A stretch of 64,000 nt of DNA from Octopus vulgaris (lineage: Eukaryota): positions 52,142,001 to 52,206,000 of the forward strand of contig OX597833.1 in NCBI GenBank assembly GCA_951406725.2, written 5' to 3'. Under the pieces are notes generated by a model. It saw only the letters and a program-made list of their open reading frames with translations. It was not told the DNA's origin and made no database searches. This document shows positions 28,847-43,084 of the stretch, piece by piece. Each line of letters starts with the position of its first letter. Positions within the stretch are counted from its first letter, which is position 1. The translations under genes and the position numbers were made by a program.

Positions 28847-30901
28847 ATGCAATCAAACACACTTCAACCAAGATATCCAACCGCAAACGGACCGAGTCTA
28901 AGCATGGTGCCAACACTGTTCGGAGACCAAAACTACTACCGACATGGAGCGTATGCTGGCATGTCTATGGGTGGCATGGCGATGTATGGTCACGATCAAT
29001 ACGGGACAATGAGTCGAGGGCCGTCTATATACGCCAGCCCTTATGCGCCGGCTCACCATGGTGCCAAAGATATGGTGAAACCGCCCTATAGTTATATAGC
29101 CCTAATAGCTATGGCCATTAAAAGCCAACCTGATAAGAAAATAACGCTGAATGGAATTTACCAGTTTATTATGGAACGCTTCCCATTCTACCGTGAAAAC
29201 AAACAGGGCTGGCAGAACAGTATTCGTCATAATTTGTCCCTCAATGAATGTTTTATAAAAGTAGCACGGGATGATAAAAAGCCTGGAAAAGGGAGCTATT
29301 GGACTCTCGACCCAGACAGTTATAATATGTTTGATAATGGAAGCTACTTACGCAGGAGAAAACGATTTAAAAAGAAAGACGCCATCAAAGAACGCGAAGA
29401 GCGTGAAAAGCAACTGGCCGTAGAACTGCAGAAGGAACGCGACAAAACTTCTTCTTTGATGATCGGAAATTCCGGTGTTGGTGCCGGTCCAGCTGGAGGC
29501 GTAACCAGTGTTGGTGTTACTGGGCACAGTGGTACCGGTGACGATCCATCGGAGGTCAACTGTGCCGAATCTCAAAACTCGTCTTTGAACGAAAGTTCTT
29601 CCCCAGATCATCATTCACAACCGCACCACGATCATCATCCACACAGCCAACACAACAGCAGCCACCATCATCACCACCACCATCATCACCATAGCCAACA
29701 ACAACAACAACAACAGCAACAGCACCATCAACAACAGAACCATCATCAGCATCATCATCATCACAGCGGTAACAGTAACAATAGTAGTAGCAATGGTAAC
29801 AGCGGCAGTAATAACAACACCGGCAGTAGTAGTAGCAACAGTAACAACAATAGTAGTAGTAGTAGTAGCAAACGTGTGGCATCAAATGACAACAACCACA
29901 GTGCAGGTAATGAAGATCGGAAGACAACACCGAACGCATCACCTCCAGGTTCTGGAGGTGCAAGTTCTTTGGCAGGAAATACTAACGTTATATGCAACGG
30001 TACGGTAACAGGCGGTGGCGCTGTCGATGTAGCTTCTACCACATCAATGACTACACCGAAATTAGAACCTATGGATTCACCACGCAATGATTGTGGTTTG
30101 GTTGTGTCGTCGTCTCGCTTGCATCCGAACCCAAACACTTTACCTATCCCAACGGATCCTATCAATATGGAGATCACAACGTCAAGCAGTTTCTCTGTAG
30201 AAAACCTAATGACTGTTCCCCACACAACCTCTTGTGATATGTCCTCAGCTGCTGCAGTTGCCGCGGCTGCAGCAGCCGCTGCCGCCTCGTCCAACTACGT
30301 CAACAGCCGACCTCCACCCTTGGTGTCCCCTCAGATATTACCGTACGCATCGTCACGGTCTTCAACGGGATCCAGTTCCGCCACAGCGGCAGACATTTAC
30401 CGAAATACCTCGTGTTCCCAAACGGCGGCAGCGGCGGCCGCAGCAGCAGCAGCAGCGGCGGCGGCGGCGGCCAACAGCGGTTACAACTACCATTGCAGTG
30501 GTCAGTCTGTGTTCTCACCCAACGGTGGTCAGTCGATGAACATTGCAACGGGACAATCTGTAAGCGATCACGACTTGATGAACCCGTCAAACCCCCACAC
30601 GTCGGCCCTCACACAAACTGCCAACGGGCTTACACACAGTATGTTCTCCAATACCCAATCATACGCCAGAGCGAATTCGTGGTACGTGCCCCCACCGTCT
30701 GAACTGAATCACCACGGCTCGGATTTTACTACGTCCCCCTTTGGAAACATGAGAGACATGTTCGAATCACAACGCCTTCTATCTGCCTCGCAGAGTCAGA
30801 ACCAATCTGCCACGGCAGCGAGTTGCCAGCTCGCAGCTGCATTCCGAACCCCCTATAAAACGCCGACCCCCTATACCTACGACTGCGGGGGAAAATTTTA
30901 A
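28847..30901 (+). CDS. FoxC: Forkhead box C transcription factor (uninterrupted CDS, 684 aa)
   Basis: Forkhead domain [14 protein letters not shown]...[15 protein letters not shown]...[33 protein letters not shown] (~29078-29380). FoxC-diagnostic flanks: N-terminal [15 protein letters not shown], eh1 FSVENLM (30191-30211), C-terminal [10 protein letters not shown] and YDCGGKF (cf. vertebrate FOXC1 VREMFESQRI, YDCSKF). Start context gccATG. Confidence 0.96.
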   Translation: MQSNTLQPRYPTANGPSLSMVPTLFGDQNYYRHGAYAGMSMGGMAMYGHDQYGTMSRGPSIYASPYAPAHHGAKDMVKPPYSYIALIAMAIKSQPDKKITLNGIYQFIMERFPFYRENKQGWQNSIRHNLSLNECFIKVARDDKKPGKGSYWTLDPDSYNMFDNGSYLRRRKRFKKKDAIKEREEREKQLAVELQKERDKTSSLMIGNSGVGAGPAGGVTSVGVTGHSGTGDDPSEVNCAESQNSSLNESSSPDHHSQPHHDHHPHSQHNSSHHHHHHHHHHSQQQQQQQQQHHQQQNHHQHHHHHSGNSNNSSSNGNSGSNNNTGSSSSNSNNNSSSSSSKRVASNDNNHSAGNEDRKTTPNASPPGSGGASSLAGNTNVICNGTVTGGGAVDVASTTSMTTPKLEPMDSPRNDCGLVVSSSRLHPNPNTLPIPTDPINMEITTSSSFSVENLMTVPHTTSCDMSSAAAVAAAAAAAAASSNYVNSRPPPLVSPQILPYASSRSSTGSSSATAADIYRNTSCSQTAAAAAAAAAAAAAAAANSGYNYHCSGQSVFSPNGGQSMNIATGQSVSDHDLMNPSNPHTSALTQTANGLTHSMFSNTQSYARANSWYVPPPSELNHHGSDFTTSPFGNMRDMFESQRLLSASQSQNQSATAASCQLAAAFRTPYKTPTPYTYDCGGKF

Positions 30902-31003
30902 AGGTAAAAAAAAAATACATAAAAGAAAAAAATACTTGGTTGCTTGTGTGAGTAAATGATATTCAAGATATATATGCATATAAATAATATATATATATAT
31001 CTG

Positions 31004-31035
<32 letters not shown>

Positions 31036-31085
31036 AGTGTTTGTGGGAGTGTGTGTGTATAAACGTATGTATATATATGTATGTA

Positions 31086-31160
<75 letters not shown>

Positions 31161-31309
31161 ATGTATGTATCTGTAAATTTATATGTATATATATGTATAT
31201 AAATGCATGTATATATTTATATGAGTATGTTTATACATGTGCATATATATCTATAAATTTGCATGTATATATTTATATGTATATATGTTTATACATGTGT
31301 ATATATACG

Positions 31310-31340
<31 letters not shown>

Positions 31341-31597
31341 TATATACAAGTATATATATATATATATATATATATATGGTATATACATATATTTATATGT
31401 ATATATGTTTATGTGTGTATATATGTATTTGCGTTTATGTGTATATATTTATATGTGTATATATATATATATTCGTGTGGCTGCATGTATATAAATATAT
31501 GTATGTGTGTATGTGTGTGTCAAAAAAAAATATAATAATGTACATTAGAGAGTTAGCTAGAATGAAAAATATGTATGGAAAGGACGTGAATGAGGGA

Positions 31598-31607
31598 AAT
31601 AAATAAA
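31598..31607 (+). terminator. Candidate polyadenylation signal(s) for FoxC
   Basis: Overlapping AATAAA hexamers ~700 nt after the stop codon. The A-rich context makes a chance match plausible. Confidence 0.25.
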
Positions 31608-31811
31608 AAAAAAACATGGTGGAAAGTACGTAAGGTTTAAAATGAAAAAAAGAGAAGAAATGGAAAAACAAAAAACTGTTAAAAGACGAAGCAAGATTTG
31701 AGCATGAAAAGACAGACAGCTAAATACGACACACAAAATGCAAAAGGAAAACGTTAAAAATTAAAAAAAATTAAAGATTATAAGAACGATAAACACTGGA
31801 TTATATTATAG

Positions 31812-31848
<37 letters not shown>

Positions 31849-31872
31849 ATATATATATATATAATATATATG

Positions 31873-31910
<38 letters not shown>

Positions 31911-32025
31911 TATATATATGTACTATATATATGTACTATACTATATATATGTACTATACATGTACTATATATATGTACTATATATATGTACTATATATAT
32001 ATATATATGTATGTACTATATATAT

Positions 32026-32069
<44 letters not shown>

Positions 32070-32853
32070 ATACGTTCTATATATGTACTATATATAGATA
32101 TGTACTACATATATATATAGTATATATATATATATGTTTTAAAGACACCATATTACGAAGGGAAAAACAAAAACGAAACTACTAAAAAAAAAACAGAAAA
32201 GAAACAAAAAAGAAACGGTTATATATGCTCGTTTATCAAGTTTCATTGTCTTTGTTGGTTAAAAAATTGATAAAAACATGATAAACAAACAAACAAAATT
32301 GTTGTTCCAGCGTTTTATTCTTTGTTCAGCAAACAGCACGGTTCTTCTTCCATAGGGAGAATGCGGAAAAATGAAAGAGCAGAGTGAAAGAGAAATAGAG
32401 AGGGAGAGTGAGTGAGAGAGAGAGAGTGTGTGTGTGAAAGAGAGAGTGGGGAGAGAGACAGAGAGAGAGAGAGACATAGAAGGAAGAGTAAGGTGAGGTG
32501 AAAGACCGCGTGAAAATTTACTGCTATCTTCATCATCATTGTTATTAAGTTCCGCAAGTGTTAAAAGTGAAAGTAGAGAGTTAAATTCTGCTTTAGTCAT
32601 TAGCACTTGCAAATGTTTTTACTTTCTTATTAACTTGTTTCAGCCACCGGTCTGAGGCCATGCTGGAGCATTGCCTTGAATGGGTTTAGTCGAACAAATC
32701 GGCCCCAGAACTTATATATATATATATATAATTAAACAGCCGAAATCTGCGATGAGGAATCGGTTTCTGACTGAAGAACGAAGGCTTTGAATGACCCGTC
32801 TGTCTCTTATGTCCGTCCCTTCGTTTATTTCACGTTATTTATATATGTAAAGG

Positions 32854-32904
<51 letters not shown>

Positions 32905-32907
<3 letters not shown>

Positions 32908-33077
32908 ATAAATATGGTAAGACAACAAAAGAAAGAAAGAGACCTCGATATTACGTAAATAGAGGAATTTTTCATAGCATTTTTCCGATGGCCGGATAAC
33001 TGAAGATATGGCAGAGTGGATTTCCACCTCGGCATCCGAAACTCATGGCTACCGAATAATTGTTACATATTACAAAT
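32905..33077 (+). mobile_element. TA-flanked non-autonomous repeat with hammerhead-like CTGAAGA..GAAAC
   Basis: Homologous to 38390-38585. Contains CTGAAGA-TATGGCAGAGTGGATTTCCACCTCGGCATC-CGAAAC, with helix III deleted in this copy. Confidence 0.5.
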
Positions 33078-33257
33078 ATATATATATATATACATATACA
33101 TTTTAAAGTCTGTACATACATCACCTATACATATATGTGCGAGTGCGCGCACACAAACACACACATAGATTCAGTAGGGCATTTAACTCAAGGTTCTGTG
33201 CAGCGGAACAGAATCGGAAATCACGAGACTATTAATCACTCACCTATACCAGCACCT

Positions 33258-33310
<53 letters not shown>

Positions 33311-33915
33311 CATACTTAGATGCATACACATTCATCGCGGAAACAGCATAAAACTTTAAAGAATACATACAAAAACCCAAACGTACACACGCGCATATTC
33401 TCTCTCTCATACACACACACACACTCACAACACACATACGCACACATATACGCCCATGTCAATATGATACCCTGTGAAAGCATATCTGCTCATCATTATC
33501 ACAAATATCATTAACATCATATTCATTGTTGTGCATGTGTGTATATATATACGTGTGTGTGCGTGTGTGTGTGAATCTTATGTGTGTCTGTGAGTGTATG
33601 TATGTGTGTGTGTGTGAACGTTATGTGTGTCTGAGAGTGTATGTATGTGTGCGCGTGTGAGTACATGTCTGAGTGTATGTGTTTCTCTGGGTGTTTGTGC
33701 GTGTAAGTTTTAATATTCTTCTTTTTGACCCTGTGTAATTACAACCGTTCAAATATTAATTATTGCTCATCATTTTTCTTTTTGTACTTATTTTTGTTGT
33801 TGAAATTACAATTATTATTTATGCTTTTTTTTGTCCTTGCCCTTGAACTAGTATTTTTGTTGTTTATATTATTATTATTATTATTATTATTATTATCATT
33901 ATTATTATTATTATC

Positions 33916-33992
<77 letters not shown>

Positions 33993-34020
33993 TACTACTA
34001 CCATTATTATTATTATTAAT

Positions 34021-34082
<62 letters not shown>

Positions 34083-34484
34083 GGCGGCGAGCTGGCACAA
34101 TCGTTAGCCTTAGCGGCATTTCGTCCGTTCTTACGTTCTGAGTTCAAATTCCGCTTTGGTCAACTTTGCCTTTGATCCTTTCGGAGTCGATAAATTAAAT
34201 ACCAGGGTTTGATATAAGCGATTAGTCCCCACCCACAAATTTCAGGCCTTATGGCTATAGTAACAAAATTATTATTATCATTGTTGTTGTTGTTAACGTG
34301 ACAAGCTGGCAGAATCGTTAGCACACTGGACGAAAAGTTTAGCTACGTTCTCAGTTCATATTTCGCTGAGGTTGACTTTGCTTTTATCTTTTCGGGTTGA
34401 TAAATCAAGTATCAGTGAAGCACTGGGTCGATATAATCAACTAGTCCCCTCCCCCAGCATTCCAGGACTTGTACCTATGGTATA

Positions 34485-34571
34485 TGGCGTAGTGGTTAAG
34501 AGCGCGGGATAGTAACCCCAAGATTCCGAGTTCGATTCCAGGCAGTGACCTGAACAATAATAATAATTATT

Positions 34572-34602
<31 letters not shown>

Positions 34603-34800
34603 CAACAACAACAACATCGAAAAATACCTTAGGAATGAGAACCCCGGTTCAAAATTTCCCCAAGACATCTAATGAAAGCTGGATAGCTTATTAGCCGAAA
34701 TGTTGTGTTAACAACAAACAAGATGAGGACAAATTTACGTCAATTGTAAATAATGTAAATAATGTACATAATTCCTCATCTCTAAATATAGAATTGTAAA
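34485..34800 (+). mobile_element. tRNA-derived SINE with (AAT/AAC)n spacer and a hammerhead-like module (34665-34708)
   Basis: A box TGGCGTAGTGG (34485), B box GTTCGATTC (34530), then ACAT CTAATGA A AGCTGG..TTAGCC GAAAT GTT GTGT. 3' hairpin agatgagga/tcctcatct. Confidence 0.6.
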
Positions 34801-35352
34801 TGTTAAAATCTTTTGTGTATTGTACACGTATAAGTAATTTATTTCACGTAAATTTTACCAATAAAATCTTATATGGACCCAGGTTGAGAACCACTGCGTT
34901 AGAGTGTTAGAAGAAAGGCCGTTTTCTTGCAGTATTTGTTCCAGATCCTCACGTGTTAAGTTCAAATCCGGTCGAAGTCAAATTTACCTTTCATCTTTTT
35001 GGAGTCGATGAAATAAAGCACGAGTCAAGAACTCGAGTCAATTTTGCCAGCTGAGGAACCCACTGGAAATTTTGTCCTTAACCCATAAAGCGCTGGGATT
35101 TGCACTTACGTAGCATGGACTGCTGAGCACATTTCATGAAAATGAGACTATCATGCAAACACAAAAAATAAATAAATAAATAAGTAGTTAAAATATCTTC
35201 TTAGTATATAATGGAGGCAGGTTTTACTTCATCTGAAAAGTCATTAGTTGAACTATTATTCCCTTTGCATTCTGGGGGGGGGGGGCGGCTATCGGAGCGT
35301 TTGAGTGACATTAGACCCCAATAAACGCCCACAAATTAAATGAATCTATATT

Positions 35353-35440
35353 GGCCACGATCGTGGTCTGTCGACTTGTGCCTGACGGCCACAATCGAGG
35401 CCTGTCGATCTGTGCCCGACGGCTACGATCGTGGCCCGAC
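35353..35440. repeat. 34-bp minisatellite (2.6 units) built on the palindrome GGCCACGATCGTGGCC
   Basis: Units start at 35353, 35387 and 35421. Confidence 0.8.
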
Positions 35441-37777
35441 GCGCTTTGTGTTAAGATTATTATGTTAAATGAGATCAGTTTATACGGATCAGTGAGTTGG
35501 CAGGAACGTTAGTGCGTCGTACAAATTGCCTGGCGGTAATTTTTTTTTTTGAGGCTCTTTACATCCATAGCCTGAAGTAAAATTTGTAGTCTGCCGCAGT
35601 CAGCTCTGCCTTCCATCAACTCCACCTCCCGAACTCGATAACATAGAGTACTGCTAGTAACGTTATCGACTAAACACTTTTTCTCCTCAATTTACTAGAA
35701 ATAGTAATATAATATATTACTATTATACAAGAGAAACTACTTAATATAAGAGGCGGCAATTGCTACTACAACTATAACAACAACTACTACCACCACTACT
35801 ACTTCCAGTACCACGAACACCATCTCTACTGCTGCTGCTACCACTACATAAGAGAAACCTGTAAATGGTTTCTCTTATATCGTAGGATGGACGCTGTATC
35901 TCATTAGCATTGATTTTCTGTGAATTCTATACTATTGAACATTGATTATGATAAAAGCGTCAATGGTGAACACGTCTATTAAAGCTAGACACAGTGTATA
36001 TACGGGGTTGTGGTAGCCATGTTTTGTTGCAAAACTTGAAAATGAATGCTAGCGATATCGAATATCTTTCAAAAACTGCAATTTGGAGAGGAGGTCGATG
36101 GTCGATTACAGGGACCCTAGTATATGAATGGTGCTTTATTTTATGATACCTCGGAAGGATGGAAAACATAATTGATGTCGGTTGGATTTGAACCCAGAAC
36201 GTAAAGAATTGGAAGAAATACCTCATAGCATTTTGTTCGACGCTCTAACGGTTCTACCAATCTATTGCGCTTGTTACGTAAGTGATGGCCTTCAAATGGT
36301 TCCAAATTTTAGTACAAGGCTGGCAATTTTCGTAAAAGGTGGGTTAGTCGATTACAGTGCCCCCATTACTGACTGGTACTTATTGTTTTCGACTCAGAAA
36401 GTTGTAAGGCAAAGTTCACTTGGGTAGAATTTGAACTCGGTAAGTAGAGGGCTGGCAGAAATTCCCCTATGCATTTTATCCTACGAGCTTAAAGATTCTG
36501 CCAGCTCACCGAGTTGGTAGTTTCAGGAATAATAAGGCCAACATTTTGCACTATGTTGCTCCATATTTATGCTGGTATTATTTTTCATAATGTATATGCT
36601 TCCGGCTAATGCGTATCCGCTTCCGGTTATATGTAGCTTGAGATGACACCGTCATAATAAACCACGGAGAGAACTGCGGAATGGCTTCCGGTTGCTATAC
36701 CCCCCACCCGCAAAGCATCGTAGTAATCTGTCTTACTGTAAATCCTTCAGGCCCAGTTGGACATAAAAGACTTTTAGCGGGGGTAATAATGTAATGTTGT
36801 AATGTCCATGTCTTTATTAAGGGTCTTATTGACTGAATAAAAAGAAAATATAAAACATCTGCAACCTAGAATCGAAACCAAACTGCAGACTTAGTTAACT
36901 GGGAGTTTACCTCGTTTTCTAGGGCGCTAACCAAATAGAAAGGCCTGAAAATAGAAACGAAATGTATGTTTTAAAAAGTGTTCTACACATCATGCTAATC
37001 AAGTGCCCTGCATAAGCTAGAGTTAAAAGGAAGGGAAATAATCCTCTTGGAGGCATTTTGAAGATGTTTCCATAAACTCCGACATATTTTCTAGATCTAA
37101 GTAAGTGTCCTGGTTTAAAAGGGACTTTGGGACACAAATGAAGTGGGTAGACTACCAATAGTCATAACACAGAGATGTCACTGGGAAAAGCAATAACCTT
37201 CTGATAATTCGTGACATAATTTGATGTTCGGTTGAAGATCGTAGGGTCCCTTACCTTGCTATTTTTCTTGAAAGGCATATGTATGTCACATCATTCATTT
37301 GACCCCTAATATCAAACTGTAGTCTAGCTACATTGTTTTGTAGACAACAGAATCTTCTCAGTTCTCTAAACAGGTACACTGCAAAAAATTAGCTAATCTA
37401 GGCAATAAAAAAACGCGCGCCTATATGTATGTTTCTCTGAGTGTACATATTTATCTATTTGTCTATATACTATAATATATGTATATAATATACGTACATA
37501 ACCTTTAATGAGCACTTTTACAAACAGCGCGTTTCTCTAGAGTTTGAAAATATTATGAACAAGCTTAATCGATTTTCGAATTTTATAGTGGCGTCTAAAT
37601 CAATTTGACCAACCCCAGAGAAACAAGCAACCACTCTGCTTATATACTCAGCCATTACAGTTGGTAGAGAAAACTGGCGCAACTAATATGCATATATGGA
37701 TATTACTCTATATATGCACATATACACAAACATCCGTGCATATTGTATATGCATATAAGTATATGTATACATATGCT

Positions 37778-37872
<95 letters not shown>

Positions 37873-37926
37873 ATATAAATATATATATTATATATATATA
37901 TATATATATAATATAAATATATATAT

Positions 37927-37957
<31 letters not shown>

Positions 37958-38116
37958 ATATAAATATATATATATAATATAAATATATATATATATATAT
38001 ATATAATATAAATATATATTATATATATATATATATATAATATAAATATATATTATATATATATATATATATAATATAAATATATATTATATATATATAT
38101 ATATATATAATATAAA

Positions 38117-38151
<35 letters not shown>

Positions 38152-38159
38152 AATATAAA

Positions 38160-38198
<39 letters not shown>

Positions 38199-38205
38199 AT
38201 ATAAA

Positions 38206-38285
<80 letters not shown>

Positions 38286-38292
38286 ATATAAA

Positions 38293-38328
<36 letters not shown>

Positions 38329-38389
38329 TATAAATATATATTATATATATATATAATATAAATATAAATATATATTATATATATATATA

Positions 38390-38581
38390 CCTGTAAATGT
38401 AATACGTGACAATTATTCGGTAGCCATAATAATACTCCGAGTTTCAGATGCCGAAATCTACGCCGCCATCTCTGAAAAGATGGCTACCGAATAATTGTCA
38501 CATATTACATTTACAGATAAATTCCCCTATTTACATGATATGGAGGTCTCTTTCATTCTTTTGTTGTCTTACCATTTTTAT

Positions 38582-38585
<4 letters not shown>
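38390..38585 (-). mobile_element. Rearranged copy of the 32905 family with an internal inverted repeat
   Basis: ctgtaaatgtaatacgtgacaattattcggtagccat (38391) is inverted against atggctaccgaataattgtcacatattacatttacag (38480). The minus strand retains GAAAC TC G GA GT. Flanked by (TA)n on both sides. Confidence 0.55.
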
Positions 38586-38639
<54 letters not shown>

Positions 38640-38881
38640 GTATGTAGGTATGCATGCGTCTATCTATCTATCTATCTATCTATTTAAGATGTTGCGCAAC
38701 CGGCGTTTGACACTTGTCCTTCATATATATATATTGATGGGCGGCGAGCTGGCAAAATCGGACTTACCTTTCATCCTTTCGGGGTCGATTAAATAAGTAC
38801 CTGTTACGCACTGGGGTCGATGTAATTGACTTAAACCCTTTGCCTGTCCCCTCTATGTTTAGCCGCCTGTGGGCAATAAAG

Positions 38882-38927
<46 letters not shown>

Positions 38928-39225
38928 ATATATATTATATTATATTATAAATATTACATATATTATATACATGTATTATTCGACCGTCAGCACCTAAAGA
39001 GCAGTGTTTCTGTAATGAGCCCACGAAACTTCTAGTTGCACGGGGCCGGATCATACGATCTTACAATATATGCAAACTCTTACTAAGCGTGTTTTGAGTG
39101 CCCCTTTTTTTCTCGTTTGTCCACTTACTCGTATACCTACCTACCTACCTACCTACCTACCTACCTACCTACCTACATACATACATACATACATACATAC
39201 ATACACACATACACACATACATACA

Positions 39226-39256
<31 letters not shown>

Positions 39257-39732
39257 TCAGTCATCGGAATACGGCCGTGCCGATACATAGATATATAAAC
39301 CCCAAGCCTTCGATTTCAGTGAAGCTTAGAATTTCCAAATCATCGGGTGAAGTTTAGACGTGTGCTTGTCTTCCTTATCATCACGTGACGTTTTGAATTT
39401 GGTATTTTGTGACTGGAAGAGAATCGATTATCTTGACTCCACTGGAAGTTGTTTTCACTGTCATGCTACGACAGTATATGTATCTACATACATACATATA
39501 TATATGTGACTTATGTATATATGTATATTCATACATATATATGTGATATATGTATATATGTATACACATGTACATACATGTTCTTTTATTCTTTTACTTG
39601 TCTCAGTCTTTTGAGCATCATGTGTATATTTAAATATATGAATATATATTTATATACATATATATAAATGTATATTTATATATATATTTACAAAACTCTC
39701 CATTATTTACTATGTATATATATATTTATATC

Positions 39733-39779
<47 letters not shown>

Positions 39780-39847
39780 ATGTATATACATATATAAATA
39801 CATATACACGAGTATATATATATATATAAATATATATACACGAAGGT

Positions 39848-39881
<34 letters not shown>

Positions 39882-40720
39882 CATGAATATATATATACAT
39901 ATATGCATATGTATATATATGCATACACACATATTTATTTATACACTCACACACATAAACATATATATGATATGCTCATATATGATATGTATATGATATG
40001 CTCATATAACCCTTACGCATTGAAATATGTGTGTGTAAATACACACACACACACAAACGCACACATGCGCGAATACACAGCTTCCACACACATACACACA
40101 TTCGGTTGTGATGTCCCAGATCATGGCCATACAACAATATATGTGACTATTCACGTTTGCAAATGTGTGAAAATACATTCGTATAGTATGCACTTGTGTG
40201 CGTATGGATTTGTGATATTGATACTTAAATTACTAAACCAGTTTATTAGGCAACCCACACCTAACTTGGAAAGTTAACATAATGAGAGCATTTATATCCG
40301 GAGTTCTTGAATTCACATAGCCTGCTGGTATGACGTTATAAGCTACTTTACTACATAACTATGCTTCTATCTAGTTAGTAGTATATAATAGCTAAAAATA
40401 ATAAGGTCAACAAAGTACTAGTTAGTTAGCTAGTGACGGAATTAGTTAGGCGGCTCCGGTATGCAGTTGATTCATTTGCTAGAAATAGCTGACGCATCGC
40501 GTTTAAATCGTATGCAGGATTTTTGTAGGAGGACAGAAGCACTTGCAACAATTTAGTGATTTGTGTGTATCGTGCACAGTCCAAATACAGATGAGATCGT
40601 CAGAGGTGGAATGCCTTTGCTTACGTCACTGTTAAGTCTCCATAAGCGGGAGTGTTTTTTAGCTGAATGACGATAATATAAAAGATGGACGATGCGGTTC
40701 GTTGTATCGTTGGGAATAAT

Positions 40721-40856
<136 letters not shown>

Positions 40857-40857
40857 G

Positions 40858-40939
<82 letters not shown>

Positions 40940-41075
40940 TGTATATACATATATATATATATCAGAGATACATATAGATGTGTATTTGTATATATATCGT
41001 GTATACATGTATATACCGTGTGTATATATATATATATGTATGCATCGCGTGAACATAAAGATATATAAATTTATC

Positions 41076-41110
<35 letters not shown>

Positions 41111-42469
41111 GTACGTATTAAAAAACATAGATTATCTTTTTGTTGTGTGCCATATTATTTTGCAAGCAAAGCTTTGAGTTTGCCAAATTTTCAGCTTAAA
41201 AACGGTCATCAGACGGGTGTATGTATGTATGTATGTATGTATGTATGTATGTATGTATGTGTGTGTGTGGGCAAGTGTATGCACAACCTTATAAATGTGT
41301 CCATATATACACATTCACATGATGATATATGTATGTGTGAAGGTGGCGAGCTAGCGAAATGCTCAGCGGTATTTCGTTTGTCTTTTCGTTCTGAGTTCGA
41401 ATTCCTCCGTTGTCGACTTTGCCTTTCATCCTTTTCGGGGTCGATAAATTAAGTACCAATTGCATACTGGGCTCGATGTAATCGACTGCTCCCCACTCGC
41501 CAAAAATTTCGTGTCTTGTGCCTAGAGTAGAAACGAATATATGTATGTCTGTATCAGCATCCCCGGATATAGATTTTGTGTTATGTTTATATTCATAATA
41601 GGATATCATTTCATATTCAATCTACATTGGGATCCTTATTTCTTCCTGAATAGAAAAGTAGCCACCATTGCCACCATCACTGCCGCTGCCACTTCCACCA
41701 CGACCACCATTGCTTCAGTTCATTCATAATAATCCAGAAAAACTAAAGCAAAACGAAAATAAAAATATTATAACAGGGAACTTGATTACGCATGCGCAAA
41801 CTTATGAAATAGAGACTTATGAAAATAGAATTATAAAATGGGCGTTCAGGAAACTGAACATGTATTAGCATAACATTGATAAGCCTTGATGTGAAACTTC
41901 TGCTCTCTGTTCGATTCGTATGTTAAGATTTAGTTATAATTCTGGTTAATAGTTTATATTTCATTTGTTAAGGCGATGAGCAGGCAAGTTCGTAAAGCGC
42001 GCCGGGAAAAACACTTAGTCGAATTTACTCCGCCTTCGTGTGCCGAGTTCAAATTCCGACGAAGTATTCTATACCATTTATCGTTTCGGCTGCGATAAAA
42101 TAAGTACCAGTTGAACAGCCTGGGCCAAAGAGAAATCAACTTACACCATCCTCCGAAATTGCTGAATTTGACACAAAATTTAAAATGAATATTAAATAAT
42201 TTGCCCCCACTTTCCTTTACTTATGAAAGACTCTCCAGCCATAGTCTTCCCAATTTTTAAACGGAATATAGAAATTCATTGTCTAATGTATACTTCTGTT
42301 TTCAAAGGAGGAATTTCTCTGTTATTTCTAGCATTAGCAGTACTCTCCTAGGAATTCTTTTTACAGTTTTTGTGCGTCTGTTTATGCATGAATGTATATG
42401 CAAACCCATATGCATGTGTGTGCATGTTGTATGTGTATATACATGATTATAGGCACATAAACACATATG

Positions 42470-42532
<63 letters not shown>

Positions 42533-42649
42533 GTTTGTATTCGTATATATATGTGTATATATTATATATTATTTATTATATATATATATATATATACACC
42601 AGAGTAAGCTCATAAATGTGAAACAAGGTAGAGTAATACGCTTTATTAG

Positions 42650-42719
<70 letters not shown>

Positions 42720-42761
42720 GTATGTAAATGTATATATATGTATATAATGTATATATATATG

Positions 42762-42824
<63 letters not shown>

Positions 42825-43025
42825 ACATATACCATATACCTATGTATGTGTATATATACATGTATATATATATATTTATACATACAATTAAAAAAAAAAC
42901 CCACAAAAATGAAAACTACTAACAAATGTTTGGACGTAGTACAAGCAATGTGTTATATGTATGTATATATATAAATATATGCGTGTGTGTGTATGTATAT
43001 ATATATATATATGTGTTTGTGTGTG

Positions 43026-43084
<59 letters not shown>

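Noticed and set aside
29344-30590. Antisense and alternate-frame ORFs within FoxC
   Set aside because: They are shadows of the GC-richer, trinucleotide-repeat coding sequence.
35353-35440. CRISPR-like palindromic repeats
   Set aside because: The spacers are near-identical, the context is eukaryotic and no cas genes are present.
39305-39352. Minus-strand CCGATGA..GAAAT motif
   Set aside because: No valid helix III/UH or helix I.
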